From Octopus vulgaris (lineage: Eukaryota): DNA of 64,000 nt. The stretch covers positions 49,910,001 through 49,974,000 of the forward strand of contig OX597819.1 in the NCBI GenBank assembly GCA_951406725.2, read 5' to 3'. Shown here piece by piece: positions 27,395 to 41,277 of this stretch (positions within the stretch are counted from its first letter, which is position 1; each line of letters starts with the position of its first letter). The notes beneath the pieces are model-generated. The model had not been told where the DNA came from, did not search any database, and was given only the letters and a program-made list of their open reading frames with translations. The translations under genes were made by a program, and so were the position numbers.

Positions 27395-28015
27395 TATATA
27401 TATACATACATATACATATATGAATATGCAATTCGTAATATGCATGTAATATACATATGTATATAGTTGCAAACCACACACACACACCTACACAGAAACG
27501 TGCAGACATTCACACGCATATGGTTGCTTACATACTAGCGCATAAATATGCATATATCCTATGTTAAATGTCAAATACTACTTTGTTTATGATTACACAC
27601 ACACACACATACACACACAGAGGCCTATGCATACAGAAACACGCTTCGGTCTGTGTGTTTACCCATGTACCTATGTGTCTGTCTGCGTCTCACATACGCA
27701 TAAGCTCGCATAGAGACAGGCACTGATAGACACACGTGTACGCGGTCGTATAGAGAGACAAGTTTGCTCTGCGACTATAAACATTATATTTAGATGTGAA
27801 ATGCTAATAAACTCCCGTACAACAGCTGTGTTCCTTTCTTCTTTGTAAATATCGCAAGATAAAAAGCTAAGTGTGTAGTTGAGAGAATGGAATATGAGTC
27901 AATATTTGCTTTCTGTGAAGATATATATAAGGTGTATGTACATACGTAGGTAAGCTTGTATGTGTGTGTACGTATGTTTGTATGCATGTATATGTATGTA
28001 TACTCGTCACTCCAA

Positions 28016-28062
<47 letters not shown>

Positions 28063-28402
28063 TGTATGTATGTATATATACGTATGTATGTACGTATGTA
28101 TATCTGTGTATCCAGGATCGATGGACTAGGAAAAGAAATGTAAAAATAAATAAAATAAACACACAAGAAAAATGAAAAAGAAATTGAAAAATGTCGTATA
28201 AACCACTTACGCTGTCTTCCCCCTCTTTCTGTCTGTCTGTCTGTCAGTCTATCTCCCCCCCTCTCTTTCTCTCTGTGACTATCTTACGCTTTTTTTCTTG
28301 GTCTTTCCTTATATTTTCAATTTCTTTTTTTCTCTCATTTTATATATACACATATTATGAGTGTGTGTGTATGTATATATGCATGTGTGTGTGTGCGTGC
28401 GT

Positions 28403-28446
<44 letters not shown>

Positions 28447-28899
28447 ATGTATATAAACACACACACACATATATCTTCTCAGCTAATAAATACAAGCAAA
28501 TACGATATGACAGTCGGCCATTTTGAACGTGTATCTATACTGTTATCTACTTACTGTTCACACACTCACAAATTCACCTAGACACACATGTATAACAACT
28601 TCTACAGATACTCTCCCACGCATATAGTTTTCACACATTCACATGTTTACCTATAAACATTAAAGTCAACGTGAATAGATTGTCATGCGGTTAAGAATTT
28701 TGCTTCGTAATTTCGTAATTCTTGGTTCGATATCATATCAAATTTCCTTGAGGGACTGTTTTTTTTCTCTTTTCTTTTACTATACTCTTGTGGTGACCCC
28801 TAAATTTTGAGCGGAAGTAAAGGTGTATCTCCCTAACTCCCCACCTGTAATTCCGCTTTACGCCATGATAGCTTATATTGCTGCTTCCTCCGATCTATA

Positions 28900-29103
28900 T
28901 AGGGTTGGCCAAAAGTCACATGATAGTAAATCAAAACCATTTAGTTCCAAGATTTATTTATGTTTCGCAACTGAACGAATTTAATGAAAGCATCTAAATA
29001 TGGAACATCACGAAAATTGTTCTTCTTGAGCAACACATTTTCCCATTCGAGTCAATACAGAATTACAGATAGTAATTTATGGAATTTTCATTTACAGTCG
29101 CGT
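28900..29103 (+). mobile_element. Possible Tc1/mariner-type MITE, right TIR lost
   Basis: Begins TA+agggttggccaaaagtcac; no complete partner TIR seen. Confidence 0.3.
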
Positions 29104-29502
29104 TAGTTTCAACTTTTGTCACAAGGCCAGCAATTTCAGCGGTTGTGGTAGTGTGGGGTGAGGGTCAAAATAATTACATCGACTTCAGTAGTCAGCTGGC
29201 ACTTATTTTATTGATTCCGAAAGGATAAATGGCACAGTAGACCTCAGGAGAAATGCCTCCAACCATTTTGTCTAGCGTGGTAACAATTCCGTCAACTCGC
29301 CGCCTTCTTCTCTACATAAATATTTAAGTATAAGGCCAGCAATTTCAGAAGAGGGACTAAGTCGATTACATTGATTCCAGGACTCAATGCTACATATTTT
29401 ACCGACTCTAGCGGCATTTGAACACAGAAAGCAAAGTCTGGCGCGGTAACAATTCTGCTCGCTCATCTTCCGCTGTATATAAATGTTTGTTCCTATGCTT
29501 GG

Positions 29503-29780
29503 CTCATAGGGCCGGTTTCCTTGGCCGGTTTCCTTGGCCGGTTTCCCGGTTTCCCGGTTTCCTTTCCGGTCCGTCGCAAGTGAGCTGCAAGATGCAGGAG
29601 GAAAGAGTGAGAGAAAGTTGTGGTGAAAGAGTCAGCAGAAGTTCGCCATTAACTTCTGCCGGAGCCGCGTGGAGCTTAGGTTTTTCGCTCATAAACACAC
29701 ACATCACCCAGTCTGAGATTCGAAACCGTGATCCCTCGACCGCGAATCCGCTGCTCTAACCACTAGGCCATATGCCTCTA
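29503..29780 (-). mobile_element. SINE family C-type
   Basis: Minus head ggcatatggcctagtggttagagcagcggattcgcggtcg...gtttcgaatctc; body like 40054-40343. Confidence 0.7.
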
Positions 29781-30087
29781 CGCTGTATAATAAATATTAA
29801 TGCGTATTTGTTTACTTATCGTCCAACCAGCTTAAGATAAACTACCTTCCACTCACTCTTACTCCACACCATTAACTTCCATTATAAGAAAGGGGACCAG
29901 TATTCCTGAATGGATGGAACTTCGTCACACCGTGATAAATGAAGCAATTTTTTTTTTACACTCCTTTTGATAATCACTTCAAATCATTTGCAATCTTACT
30001 CCATTTTCTTGTTTTGCTGCTCGACCTTGTTGCAGTTGTTGGTTTCGTCGTCATTGTTGTCAACGTTGTAGTTGTAGTTGTTGTTAT

Positions 30088-30128
<41 letters not shown>

Positions 30129-30381
30129 TTACATCATCATCATCATCATCCTCATCATTATCGCCATACATCATCTTCATGCTGCCTCTGTTGCTGATAT
30201 TGATTTTGGCTATTTCCCCCCACCGTTCTTGCTATCGTTGTTGAAATTATTATTGCTAACGCGGCGAGGTGGTAAAATGTACGCCGGGCAAAATACTTTG
30301 CACACACAACTGGAAAGCCTGACGTAATGGTTGCCGAATGAACATCTTAAGCACTCAACCATGTGAGCAATCTACACACAC

Positions 30382-30489
<108 letters not shown>

Positions 30490-30490
30490 C

Positions 30491-30527
<37 letters not shown>

Positions 30528-30562
30528 ATATCTATCTATCTGTCTGTTTGTCCGTCTGTCTG

Positions 30563-30635
<73 letters not shown>

Positions 30636-30637
<2 letters not shown>

Positions 30638-31365
30638 GAAAGAATGGAGTCGAACGAAGATTTTAACATAATCCTTTACTTCAACGCATACTCTTAATTC
30701 CGAAGGAATAAAGGGTGATTATGCCGTTTCTCATCAGGAAAGAAAAAGAACCTCTATCAGCCTCAAGACGAACAAAAACTTTTTGATGACTGCCTACATG
30801 GTGTCCACAGTGATAATGAGTGTTTTTTTTAAAAATCCGTTATAAGCAATGACGTCAAAATTGGTTGGAAGGAGGAAGTTCTAAAAATAGGAAGGGGACA
30901 GTATGTATGCCGTATGTATGAGGATGCGCGGGTGTTTACTTTTGTTAATGAGTTTGATTGTTTATGTGTGTGTATGAGTGTGTGTATATAACTGCATTTG
31001 TGTCTGTGTGTACACATAAACAATCAAACTCATTAACAAAAGCAAACACCCGCGCATCCCCATACATACAGCATACATACTGTCCCCTTCCTATTTTTAG
31101 AACTTCCTCCTTCCAACCAATTTTGACGTCATTGCTTATAACGGATTTTAAAAAAAAACACTCATTATCACTGTGGACACCATGTAGGCAGTCATCAAAA
31201 AGTTTTTGTTCGTCTTGAGGCTGATAGAGGTTCCTTGTCTTTCCTGATGAGAAGACGGCATAATGCACCCTTTATTCCTTCGGAATTAAGAGTATGCAGT
31301 CTTCGAAACATGTGTTGAGAGTAAAGGAATTATGTTAAAATCTTCGTTCGACTCCATTCTTTCAT
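30636..31365. repeat. Long inverted repeat (arms 30636-30969 and 31012-31365, ~42-nt loop); Penelope-like inverted terminal repeat
   Basis: The arms are near-perfect reverse complements; the right arm carries an HHR. Confidence 0.92.
31239..31321 (+). ncRNA. Type I hammerhead ribozyme with enlarged stem II
   Basis: CTTTC CTGATGA GAAGAC-(42 nt)-GTCTTC GAAA CATGTG TT GAGAG. Confidence 0.72.
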
Positions 31366-31517
31366 GTATTCATATAAAAAAAAAACATACAAATACCCAC
31401 ACAAGAACACGGGGTTTCTGCCCTTGGCATGTAGCTTCAACCGTGTTTTCTGACGTGAATTTGCTACCCAGGTATCGATTAACCGAATTATCAATACTAG
31501 GATAATTCATTCACCTA

Positions 31518-31572
<55 letters not shown>

Positions 31573-31754
31573 ACACACATACACATATATACATATGTAT
31601 ATGTATCTGTATATACATATGCATGTATATTTATATATACATGTGCGTGTGACAATAGACGTAGACCTCAATATCGGTGGGCAAGGAAAATGATAACGAG
31701 AAAGCTACAACGCGCGCGCGCGAGAGAGAGAGAAGGTGGGGAGAAAGAGAAAGC

Positions 31755-31794
<40 letters not shown>

Positions 31795-32012
31795 CTGAGT
31801 GCGTAAGAAGCAGAAACACACAGAGAAAGCGAGCAAAGACAGGAAAGCACGTAGTGATGCAAATATCGTACTCAAATACATGTACTTACATATTCAAAAT
31901 CAATACACAAACAATGAAAGTAAATAGATACTGTCAACTACTAATGAGTGTGTGTGTGTGTATGTATGTATGTATGTATGTATGTATGTATGTATGTATG
32001 TATGTATGTATG

Positions 32013-32530
32013 TCAGGTCACTTTCGAGTGCTACTGGTAACATGTAACCCAGTACAACCTGTTGCATGGTCGGGTCGTCGGCGACTAAACCGGCAACCCC
32101 ACCAAGCTTGCTTGGTGAGGAGGGTGTTTATTGGACACCCTGAGGGATGAAAAACAAAACCCGTCAAAGGGAGGAGGAACTCTTGAGAGTCAACGGCCAT
32201 CCAATAAATGTCTTAAGGATGTATCATGCGTGGGGACATAGAAATAATCGGACTGAATACTCGATCGCGCGGTTAAACCATTGGGAGTGAAGGACTCCTA
32301 TCCTTTGTTAGGGCATCCTTCTAGGAGAAGGTAACTCAGGTAACTGGGATAACTCCGACATAAAACCTGCGGCTCAGTGGTTACCGATGATGTTGACTTG
32401 TTCTTCTTTTCGGATTATGGCTGCTGTAGCTTAGCGAGTGGGATTGACTCAGTGCACAGCCTTTCCTCACTTTAAAAAAAAATCTTCTTGCACAGGCATT
32501 GCACGATAACAACATTGATTGATTGATTAA
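32013..32530 (+). mobile_element. Non-coding retroelement, possibly an RTE-type 5'UTR derivative, ending in (TTGA)n
   Basis: GC-richer, hairpin-rich segment with ...ggcatccttctaggagaaggtaactc...ataaaacctgc and a short tandem tail. Family is inferred only. Confidence 0.4.
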
Positions 32531-32718
32531 ATTGATTAACTAATTCATGATTGTTGATGGCACTGTGAGTCTCAAAAAGTCACATTCGATCACAGCACCA
32601 GTAACAGTTAAGCTTCGTGCAATGGCCATACACGATAACGAGGCAGCCATAATGTATGTATGTATGTATGTATGTATGTATGTATGTATGTATGCATGTA
32701 TGCATGTATGTATGTATG

Positions 32719-32833
<115 letters not shown>

Positions 32834-33239
32834 CATGTGGAAAATAAAGTCAAGGTAGAAAATGCTAAAATGATTTTATAAAAAACATTTCAGTCACTGA
32901 GACTTTTTCAACTGTAAGTATGGAAAACAATTCAATTTTAGGAAAATTAAAAGAAAAGTTTTTTAAAAGAATATTTGTATAGTCATCAAATACAAGGGGC
33001 ATTTTCTTTGTTTCTGCGTGTCTCTGTCTCTCTTGTTTACTCTTGTGGGTTCGAGATCATTGCGATACATTTAATGACTATCCGGACCAATTTTGGCCAT
33101 TTTCCATTTTCACTCTCACATGTATTTGGTGTTTTTTAACGATATTTTATGGAATGGTAATGCCAGAGTAACACACGCGTGGTCCATTGGTGGAAGAAAA
33201 ACAACGAAATAAATTGTAATCAAATTTTAACCTCCACCA

Positions 33240-33332
33240 TCGCTTTGAAGCCGCGACCTGTTCACTGACAAAACTTCGTACTGCATCACTTTTGTGAAGT
33301 TTGTCAGTGAACAGGTCGCGGTTTCAAAGCGA
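33240..33332. repeat. Near-perfect hairpin with ~37-bp arms
   Basis: tcgctttgaagccgcgacctgttcactgacaaaacttc / gaagtttgtcagtgaacaggtcgcggtttcaaagcga. Confidence 0.9.
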
Positions 33333-34659
33333 CGAAAATATTTTGATACAAATTAAATTTAAATATTGAAGTGAAACTAACGGTTTTTGTGTGATCTTTA
33401 ATGGCTTACAAACATCTTCCACGCTGCAATTGTTTTTGTTTCAGTACACGATCTCAGATCAAGTCATTTGCTCTGCAAGTGCATCTCCGTAATTTTTTAA
33501 AATCACTGACCTTCTCAGGCTCTCCAATATTTTAATATCTAAAGAGAAACAATCCGGGGCAGGGAGTGGGGTTGCAAAAAATTCATAATTTCTCAAATTT
33601 TCCTTTTTATAACATATAAATGTATTTATGAGGGGAGGGGGAATTGAAAATCATTAATACATGCGTGAGTGATAAAGAAACGATGAGGGTTGCCTTTGGG
33701 ACGTGCTAGAAATAACAGCCAAATCACCCTTAAATCACTCACTTTTCCCTCTGAAAATAAAACATTTTTTAAACTGAAAATGCTCTTCGAATGGTTTTGA
33801 AGTGCAAAAAAAAAAAAAAAAAAATTGGTCAAAATAGGTCCGGAGTGGGATGATGAGGGAGGGGTGGGGTTATAAAAAAAAGTTTCGTTTTCAAAGCTTT
33901 GTTCATACAAAGATGCCCCCCAATCCCATCATTTCGAAGGTTGTGGTTTAAAAAAAAATGGGGAAAATCCCCGAAAACATTTTCCGCACAAATATCTTTA
34001 AAATCGTAACCTATGCCGTTTGAAAGGGATTTGTATAAATTTTCATTAAAAGATACCCATTTTCCTGAAATTTATGAGGGGAAAAAGTCAGATGGTGTGA
34101 ATTTTCCAAAACTCCTCTCTCCACTCCCTCGGAAAAATTCTTTCCCATAAATCCTTATATTCTCTGAAGCTACAACATCTAAGCGGTATTTGTAGAAAAT
34201 TTTGTTAAAATGTATCCATTTTTCTGGATGTTTTGAGGCAACAAATCTGGGAGCATATACATCTGTAGTAATGTCCTTTTATTTATACAATTTTTTCATT
34301 TCAAGTTTATTTCATTCATTGTTTGCAATGTTCTCTTTCTCTCACACACTCACTGCAAAGCTTACTGATGGGCTGCTGAATTGAAATCTCTACGCTGCTT
34401 TGAGGGGAAGGTAAAACTTGACAAATTGCTTCTCCCTCTGTTGTTGATTACCGTGATGTTTGTCTAAAAGAGAGAGATTATGACTGTGATAAAATAATGA
34501 AAGCTATGTTTACTAAGCAAGTGAGCACTATTATACAAAGAAATAAGTAGACGTAAAATATAAAAGTTATTAGAATTAGGAATCAAATGTGAAAATATTA
34601 TGAAGGGGCTAGCAGAAAACCGCCCGGAGGGCGGTCTTTTGCTACGTTTTCATTAATTG

Positions 34660-35090
34660 AAAAGTCCTCTGAAATATGATATTTGGTGAACCAATCACAT
34701 TAAACTTCGATTCATCTCTAAAATGAACCTGCGACCACTGTTCTTCTGTCCAAATGACCTGTTCATGAGCGAAACAAAGACGAGCTCTTTGATTCTTCTT
34801 GGAGATCAGAAGTTTTTCTGCCGGTGCCCGAGCAAGCAACCGAAAACCTCGTAACCTCCGAAAAACTGTTTTACGCCATACGTTGACATCGAAAGTGGAG
34901 CTAACTCGCGGTATATCTCAGCAGCACTCTTAAACTTATCCTTCAGTGACATTCTAACCCCCTAATACAATCCTGTCTTGTTGAAGTTTTACGAGGTCTA
35001 CCAGTTTGAGGCTTAGCATCTGTCAATCCTGATGACTTAAAACGAGATACAATTCATTGCACAACACTTCTAGACCTTCCTACAATAGTT
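34660..35090 (-). pseudogene. Tc1-family transposase fragment (N-terminal HTH to first catalytic Asp)
   Basis: VGRSRSVVQ*IVSRFKSSG...TGRPRKTS...; ARAPAEKLLISKKNQRARLCFAHEQVIWTEEQWSQVHFRDESKFNVIG (cf. the Tc1 FSDESKF motif). Confidence 0.82.
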
Positions 35091-35093
35091 GAC

Positions 35094-35124
<31 letters not shown>

Positions 35125-35169
35125 CATACATACATACATACATACATACATACATACATACATACATAG

Positions 35170-35775
35170 CTATGCGGCACGTGTAGCTATGTTGTTGCTA
35201 AAACAATTTACAATGCCATCCGCAAAAAAGACTGTCCTGAAATAAACTTAGGAAATTCCTCTGCTATGGAATACATTCATAAACACCAACCCAAGGAATA
35301 CTGGTGGAATATTCCCATCAAAACTTTAGACAAATGTAAGCATAACAGGCCGGATAATGTTGTTTGGGACAGAGGGGCAAAGGTACGTACCATCATAGAG
35401 GTTAGCTGCCCTGCAGATATAAATATCTGAAAATCAATGAAAAAGAGGATATCTCTGGACAACTGCTTCAAAAACGCCAGCTTCTATATCCAGACTATGA
35501 ATTCATATTTATACCAATAATAATTGGAGCACTAGGTTTTGTTAGTAAATACTTAAAGGAGAATCTGGATAAACTGGGATTTTCAGAAAGAGAAATCGAC
35601 CGGCTAATTCGTACATTACAAGTGCAATCTTTGAGTGGAACAGTAAAAATATGCAAGACTTTTCTCAATTTCCAAATGTGAATTTGTCTGTGTTAACTAC
35701 ATCCCATAGGTGGAGCCTTGTATCGTTGTTGGAAACCAGCTCCCTCCTCAGTGGAAGATTTATAATAACTAAAAA
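35170..35775 (+). mobile_element. 5'-truncated R4/Dong-like non-LTR retrotransposon (restriction-like endonuclease domain plus 3'UTR)
   Basis: VVAKTIYNAIRKKDCPE...KEYWWNIPIKTLDKCKHNRPDNVVWDR...IIEVSCPADIN...FIPIIIGALG...SGTVKICKTFLNFQM* (stop 35679-35681). Confidence 0.82.
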
Positions 35776-35952
35776 ATAAAAGAGACAAAAGAGGGCTAGT
35801 AAAATAAGTACGAGGCTTTAAATAAGTACTGGGGTGGATTCGTTCGACTAAAAGTACCTTAAAGTGTTGCCGTTGCATGGTCGCAGTACAATCACTGAAG
35901 CAAGTAAAAGATAAAAGATCTCCGTCTCTCTCTCTCTTTCTATATATATATA

Positions 35953-36482
35953 CTAGCAGCATAGCCCGGTATTTCCCGGGTATGTAAGAGCCCCTAGTAG
36001 GCAACGATTAATCCCAATCTAGTCCTTTCCCTCTAATTTCCTGCCAATTTGTGAAAGATATTGTCGAAAATATGTCATCTTCAATTTGAACGCGATTTCC
36101 CAAAATGGCATGATTTTATCGATTTTTTCTGATAGTAAGGTATTGCATGGAAAACTAACGTCAGAATTAAGTTTCTTAGGGTAACATTAAGCTTCACCAT
36201 GAGTTTGGTGAAAATCGATTGCAAGTTGCGAAAACTACAACAGAAAATGTGTTGCATAGAAAAAGCTTAGATTCTCGACCCCATGTCGAATTTATCGATA
36301 TTTTTTTCAGAACTGGGGGAGCCTTTCAAAATTTTCGCTGCGTTAGTTTTGAATTATGACATTGGGCTATGTGTGTGTCAAGTTTCATCAGAATCAGTTG
36401 AAAGCTGTGGTCAGGGTGAGGGTACAACCTGACAGACACACAGACACACAGACAGACAAACTGCCGTTTATATAGATAGAGA
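35953..36482 (-). mobile_element. Non-autonomous Helitron
   Basis: Minus strand starts TC(tctatctatataaa) and ends with hairpin cccgg-gaaata-ccggg plus CTAG; inserted between A and T. Confidence 0.8.
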
Positions 36483-36550
36483 TACATACGTGTGTGTGTG
36501 TGTGTATGTGTGTGTGTGTATATCTATATATCTCTCTATATATCTATATA

Positions 36551-36724
36551 CCGGAGTAAGTACATAAATGTGAAACAAGGTGGAAAAAAGAGTACTCAAA
36601 TACCAGAGGTAGAGTAATATGCTTTATTTAAAAGCAACAGAAATATAACAAAGCTGTCCGACGAACGGGAACGTGAAACTCTGAGTAACAGCTTTTGTTA
36701 TATTTCTGTTGCTTTTAAATAAAG
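36551..36724 (+). mobile_element. HHR-bearing fold-back element, same family as 39761-39910
   Basis: Shared start ccggagtaa..cataaatgtgaaacaaggtgg..; arms 36622-36657 and 36688-36724 form a long hairpin around the ribozyme core. Confidence 0.7.
36650..36695 (+). ncRNA. HHR motif with CCGACGA core (U4>C)
   Basis: AAAGCTGT CCGACGA ACG-GGAA-CGT GAAA CTCTGAG TA ACAGCTTT. Confidence 0.62.
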
Positions 36725-36747
36725 TATATATCTATATATATAGATAG

Positions 36748-36778
<31 letters not shown>

Positions 36779-37314
36779 TGTATGTATGTATGTATGTATG
36801 TATGTATGTATGTATGTATGTATGTTCTCTCAAAGCATTCACACATCATCGATAGCAGCGCTGGCGGCTACAACAGCAACAACAAAGCATCTAAGTGGTT
36901 ATTGATTAATTGATTAATTAAACAATATGACGTCTCGAGAGAAGACATCAGACTGATCAAGACAATCATGAATGCTCCATCAAGTACTTTGTATAACATA
37001 GTATAGAGTTCCCCACTCTGTATCACCACCGACAACAATACTTTAATTTACTATTTCAATGGACAGTAAAATGTTTGGGCACAGTAAGTCCAAGTCATCT
37101 CTTAATTTGATCTGCTGAAATTGGTGCCCAATCTTTCAAGTCACACAATCTATCTTCATGGAAAAAAAAATACGTTGGATAATGTGGTTCTAGGTTCTAT
37201 GCACATAGGGAAAATTCGGGATGGATTTCCCCGGAATACTTTTGATGGTAAGTCTCTTCGATCAGGGTTCCCATGGGGCTAAACAATAACAATAACGATC
37301 TTTATGGTTTCGGT

Positions 37315-37506
37315 CACTCTTTATACTCTTGTACTCTTTTACTTGTTTCAGTCATTTGACTGCGGCCATGCAGGAGCACCGCCTTTAGTCGAAGAATTCG
37401 ACCGCAGGACCTATTCTTTGTAAGCGTAGTACTTATTCTATGTTGGGGGACAAACACAGACACACAAACATACACACGCACACACACATACACACACACA
37501 CACACG

Positions 37507-37603
<97 letters not shown>

Positions 37604-37788
37604 GTATGTATGTATATATATATATACCACGGGCTTCTTTCAGTTTCCGTATACCAAATCCACTCACAAGGCTTTGGTCGGCCTGAAGCTATAGTAGACG
37701 ACACTTGCCGAATTGCCACGCGGTGGGACTGAACCCGGAACCATGTGGTTCGTAAGCAAGCTACTTACCACACAACCACTCCTGCGCC
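37315..37788 (-). mobile_element. SINE family A
   Basis: Head, microsatellite spacer and tail present, with an internal deletion. Confidence 0.88.
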
Positions 37789-38187
37789 TTTTTACAATTT
37801 TGTTCCAATTGTTCTCAAATTTGGCATAAGGATTAAGTTTCGTATGTTAATTTAAGCAATGCTTTGACTGTTATTTTTAGCAAGTCCTGTTGGTTTGCTC
37901 GTAGCTCTTAAATATTTAATTTGCTCGCGAATGTTTTCATGTTTTTCAGTTTACTGTAGCTAGTTTAACGGTTTGACATGCTGATACCCCCCACCCACCG
38001 ATGATAGAAGAGGCAGCGAACGCGCTGTTTTCTCATTGGCTGAAAATTCTGAAAATTATCAAACTACACCTGTAACCTTTTTGCAAAATTTTTCTGGAAT
38101 AAATGAATAACAAATTCGGATTCAGCATCAAAAATTACATCTATATGATACATTAAAATTTTTTTTAAAGGTAATTGTAAACAGTGC

Positions 38188-38353
38188 CGCAGGAGTAGCT
38201 TGCTTACCAACCACATGGTTCCGGGTTCAGTCCCACTGCGTGGCACCTTAGGCAAGTGTCTTCTACTATAGCCTCGGGCCGACCACAGCCTTGTGAGAAG
38301 ATTTGGTAGACGGAAACTGAAAGAAGCCCGTCGTATATATGTATGTATGTGTG

Positions 38354-38444
<91 letters not shown>

Positions 38445-38660
38445 ATGTATGTATGTATGTATATGTATGTATGTATGTATGTGTGTATATGTTTGTGTGT
38501 CTGTGTATTTACGTCCCCGTCACTTAGCGGTTCGGCAAAAGAGATCGATAGAATAAGTACTAGGCTTACAAAGAATAAGTCCTGGGGTAGATTTGCTCGA
38601 CTAAAGGCGGTGCTCCAGCATGGTTGCAGTCAAATGACTGAAACAAATAAAAGAGTAACG
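38188..38660 (+). mobile_element. SINE family A
   Basis: Head, microsatellite spacer and tail present. Confidence 0.88.
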
Positions 38661-38854
38661 AGTAAAGTGAGTGACGAAAATCACAAAGATGTTAACAATA
38701 ACAAGAAACCCCTAAATACAAATTCTATTTTCATATATTTTACGAGTTGTTGTTGGTTGTTGTTGGTTGGTATTGGTTGTTGGTTGTTGATGGTTGTTCT
38801 TAGGTTGTTGTTGCTGTTGGTGCTGCTGCTGTTGCTGCTACAATAGTAGTAGTT

Positions 38855-38889
<35 letters not shown>

Positions 38890-39587
38890 CAAGGTCCATA
38901 TGATGAAAGATATTTCAATTATGACCCTCCCGTGCATTTCACATTTTAAAAATGATACGGTGTGGTTTCAAAGGGTTTTGCCTCCTATTTCTAGCAGATC
39001 AATTAGTATTGCAGAGAGTCCCTTATCAGTTTATCTTGTGAGTGTTGTTGTTATTGTTGTCAATGTTTGTTGCTTTTTAGTTATAGGCTACCCTCGTTAA
39101 ATAGACTCCGAACAAAGACATTCTAGTCGATGTCATCCAGGTTTTGTTTCTTAATGATAGTTTATCTAGCACTGCATCATTCAACATCACTTTCTGTTTT
39201 CAGACTAAGCGTATTATTTGTGGTGATATGACTGCTCTTTCTAGCAGGTCAAGCTGTATAGACACTCTCATATTGACTCGGTTAGAAATCCGTCTTTGCA
39301 AAACCGATTTATCAGCCATTTTCCCTCCTATACCTCTTGAAATTTGAATTGACTTACATTGAATTGCCGCCATTTTGGTGATATGTGTGCGACTGTGAAC
39401 AAAGCACTCCATTTTATGCGTCATCTTCGGTAAATATGGCTGTCGGAAATGGGCACCAGAATTCACTGAAAAATGACATTCTAACCATGAAGAGATTAAT
39501 CTCTTATCTGCTTAACGCTTTAGAAACTAGCTGAGATTAAATCTTGCCCCTTTTACATCATGTATTGAAACAGTAGTTTTGAAAAAG

Positions 39588-39763
<176 letters not shown>

Positions 39764-39859
39764 GGAGTAAACACATAAATGTGAAACAAGGTGGGAAAAA
39801 GAGTACTCAAATACCAGTGGTAGAGTAATATGGTTTATTTAAAGCAGCATAAAATTCAA

Positions 39860-39909
39860 CAAAATCTGTTACTCTGAGTTTCTCGTTGCCGTTCATCAGA
39901 CAGTTTTTG
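39860..39909 (-). ncRNA. Type I hammerhead ribozyme
   Basis: Minus strand: CAAAAACTGT CTGATGA ACG-GCAA-CGA GAAA CTCAGAG TA ACAGATTTTG. It sits in a ~150-bp island (39761-39910) between two (TA)n tracts. Confidence 0.72.
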
Positions 39910-40387
<478 letters not shown>

Positions 40388-40444
40388 AAGAATGAGAGAG
40401 AGAGAGAGGGATATATATATATATATATATATATATTTATTCAT

Positions 40445-40682
40445 CTTCTATCTTTTATTTATCTCAGTCACTAGACCGCGGCTATGCTGGGGCACCGCCT
40501 TGAAGAATTTTTATTTAAATGAATCAATGCCAGTACTTATTATATGTTAAAATCCTGGTACTTATTCTATCGGTTTCCTTTTGCCGAACTGTTAGCTTAC
40601 GGGTATGTAAACATACCAACACCTGCTGTGAAACGGTTGTGGGGGATAGACACAGATTCACACACACAAATACACGGGCACA

Positions 40683-40741
<59 letters not shown>

Positions 40742-40901
40742 CGGGCTTCTTTCAGTTTCCGTCTACCAAATCCAATCACAAGGCTTTTTTCGGCACAATG
40801 CTGAAGTAAAAGACACTTGCCCAAGTTGCCAGGCAGTAGGACTGAATCCGGAACTATGTGGCTGAGAAGCAAGCTTTTTACCTCACGACCACACCGGTGC
40901 C
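40445..40901 (-). mobile_element. SINE family A, diverged
   Basis: Family A head and tail. Confidence 0.78.
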
Positions 40902-41235
40902 CATACACACACATACTCACACATACTCACACATATTTATATATATTTGTGTGTGTGTGTGTGTAGTCATTTATTTATCTATATGTATATAAACAGTATA
41001 TAGTCCACGTTACCATGATAAAGCTATAAACAATTTTTTTTGATGTGTCGGGTGTTCGTACCCCATTCCCGCCGCCTCCATATTGTGTCCCCCTAATTCG
41101 AAGCAGTAGATTTCTCCCAGACCGCTACATTTTATCCGCCAGTAGGAGTGCTCAAAAGATAAAGAGATGTCGTTCTCTCGCCTCTCGGTTATAAAGCATT
41201 ATCGCATCGAAGCAAACAAGAAAGATGGAAGTGGA

Positions 41236-41277
<42 letters not shown>

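Noticed and set aside
33510-34290. Helitron/DINE-like internal fragment
   Set aside because: Composition is suggestive, but matching TC and CTAG termini could not be assigned.
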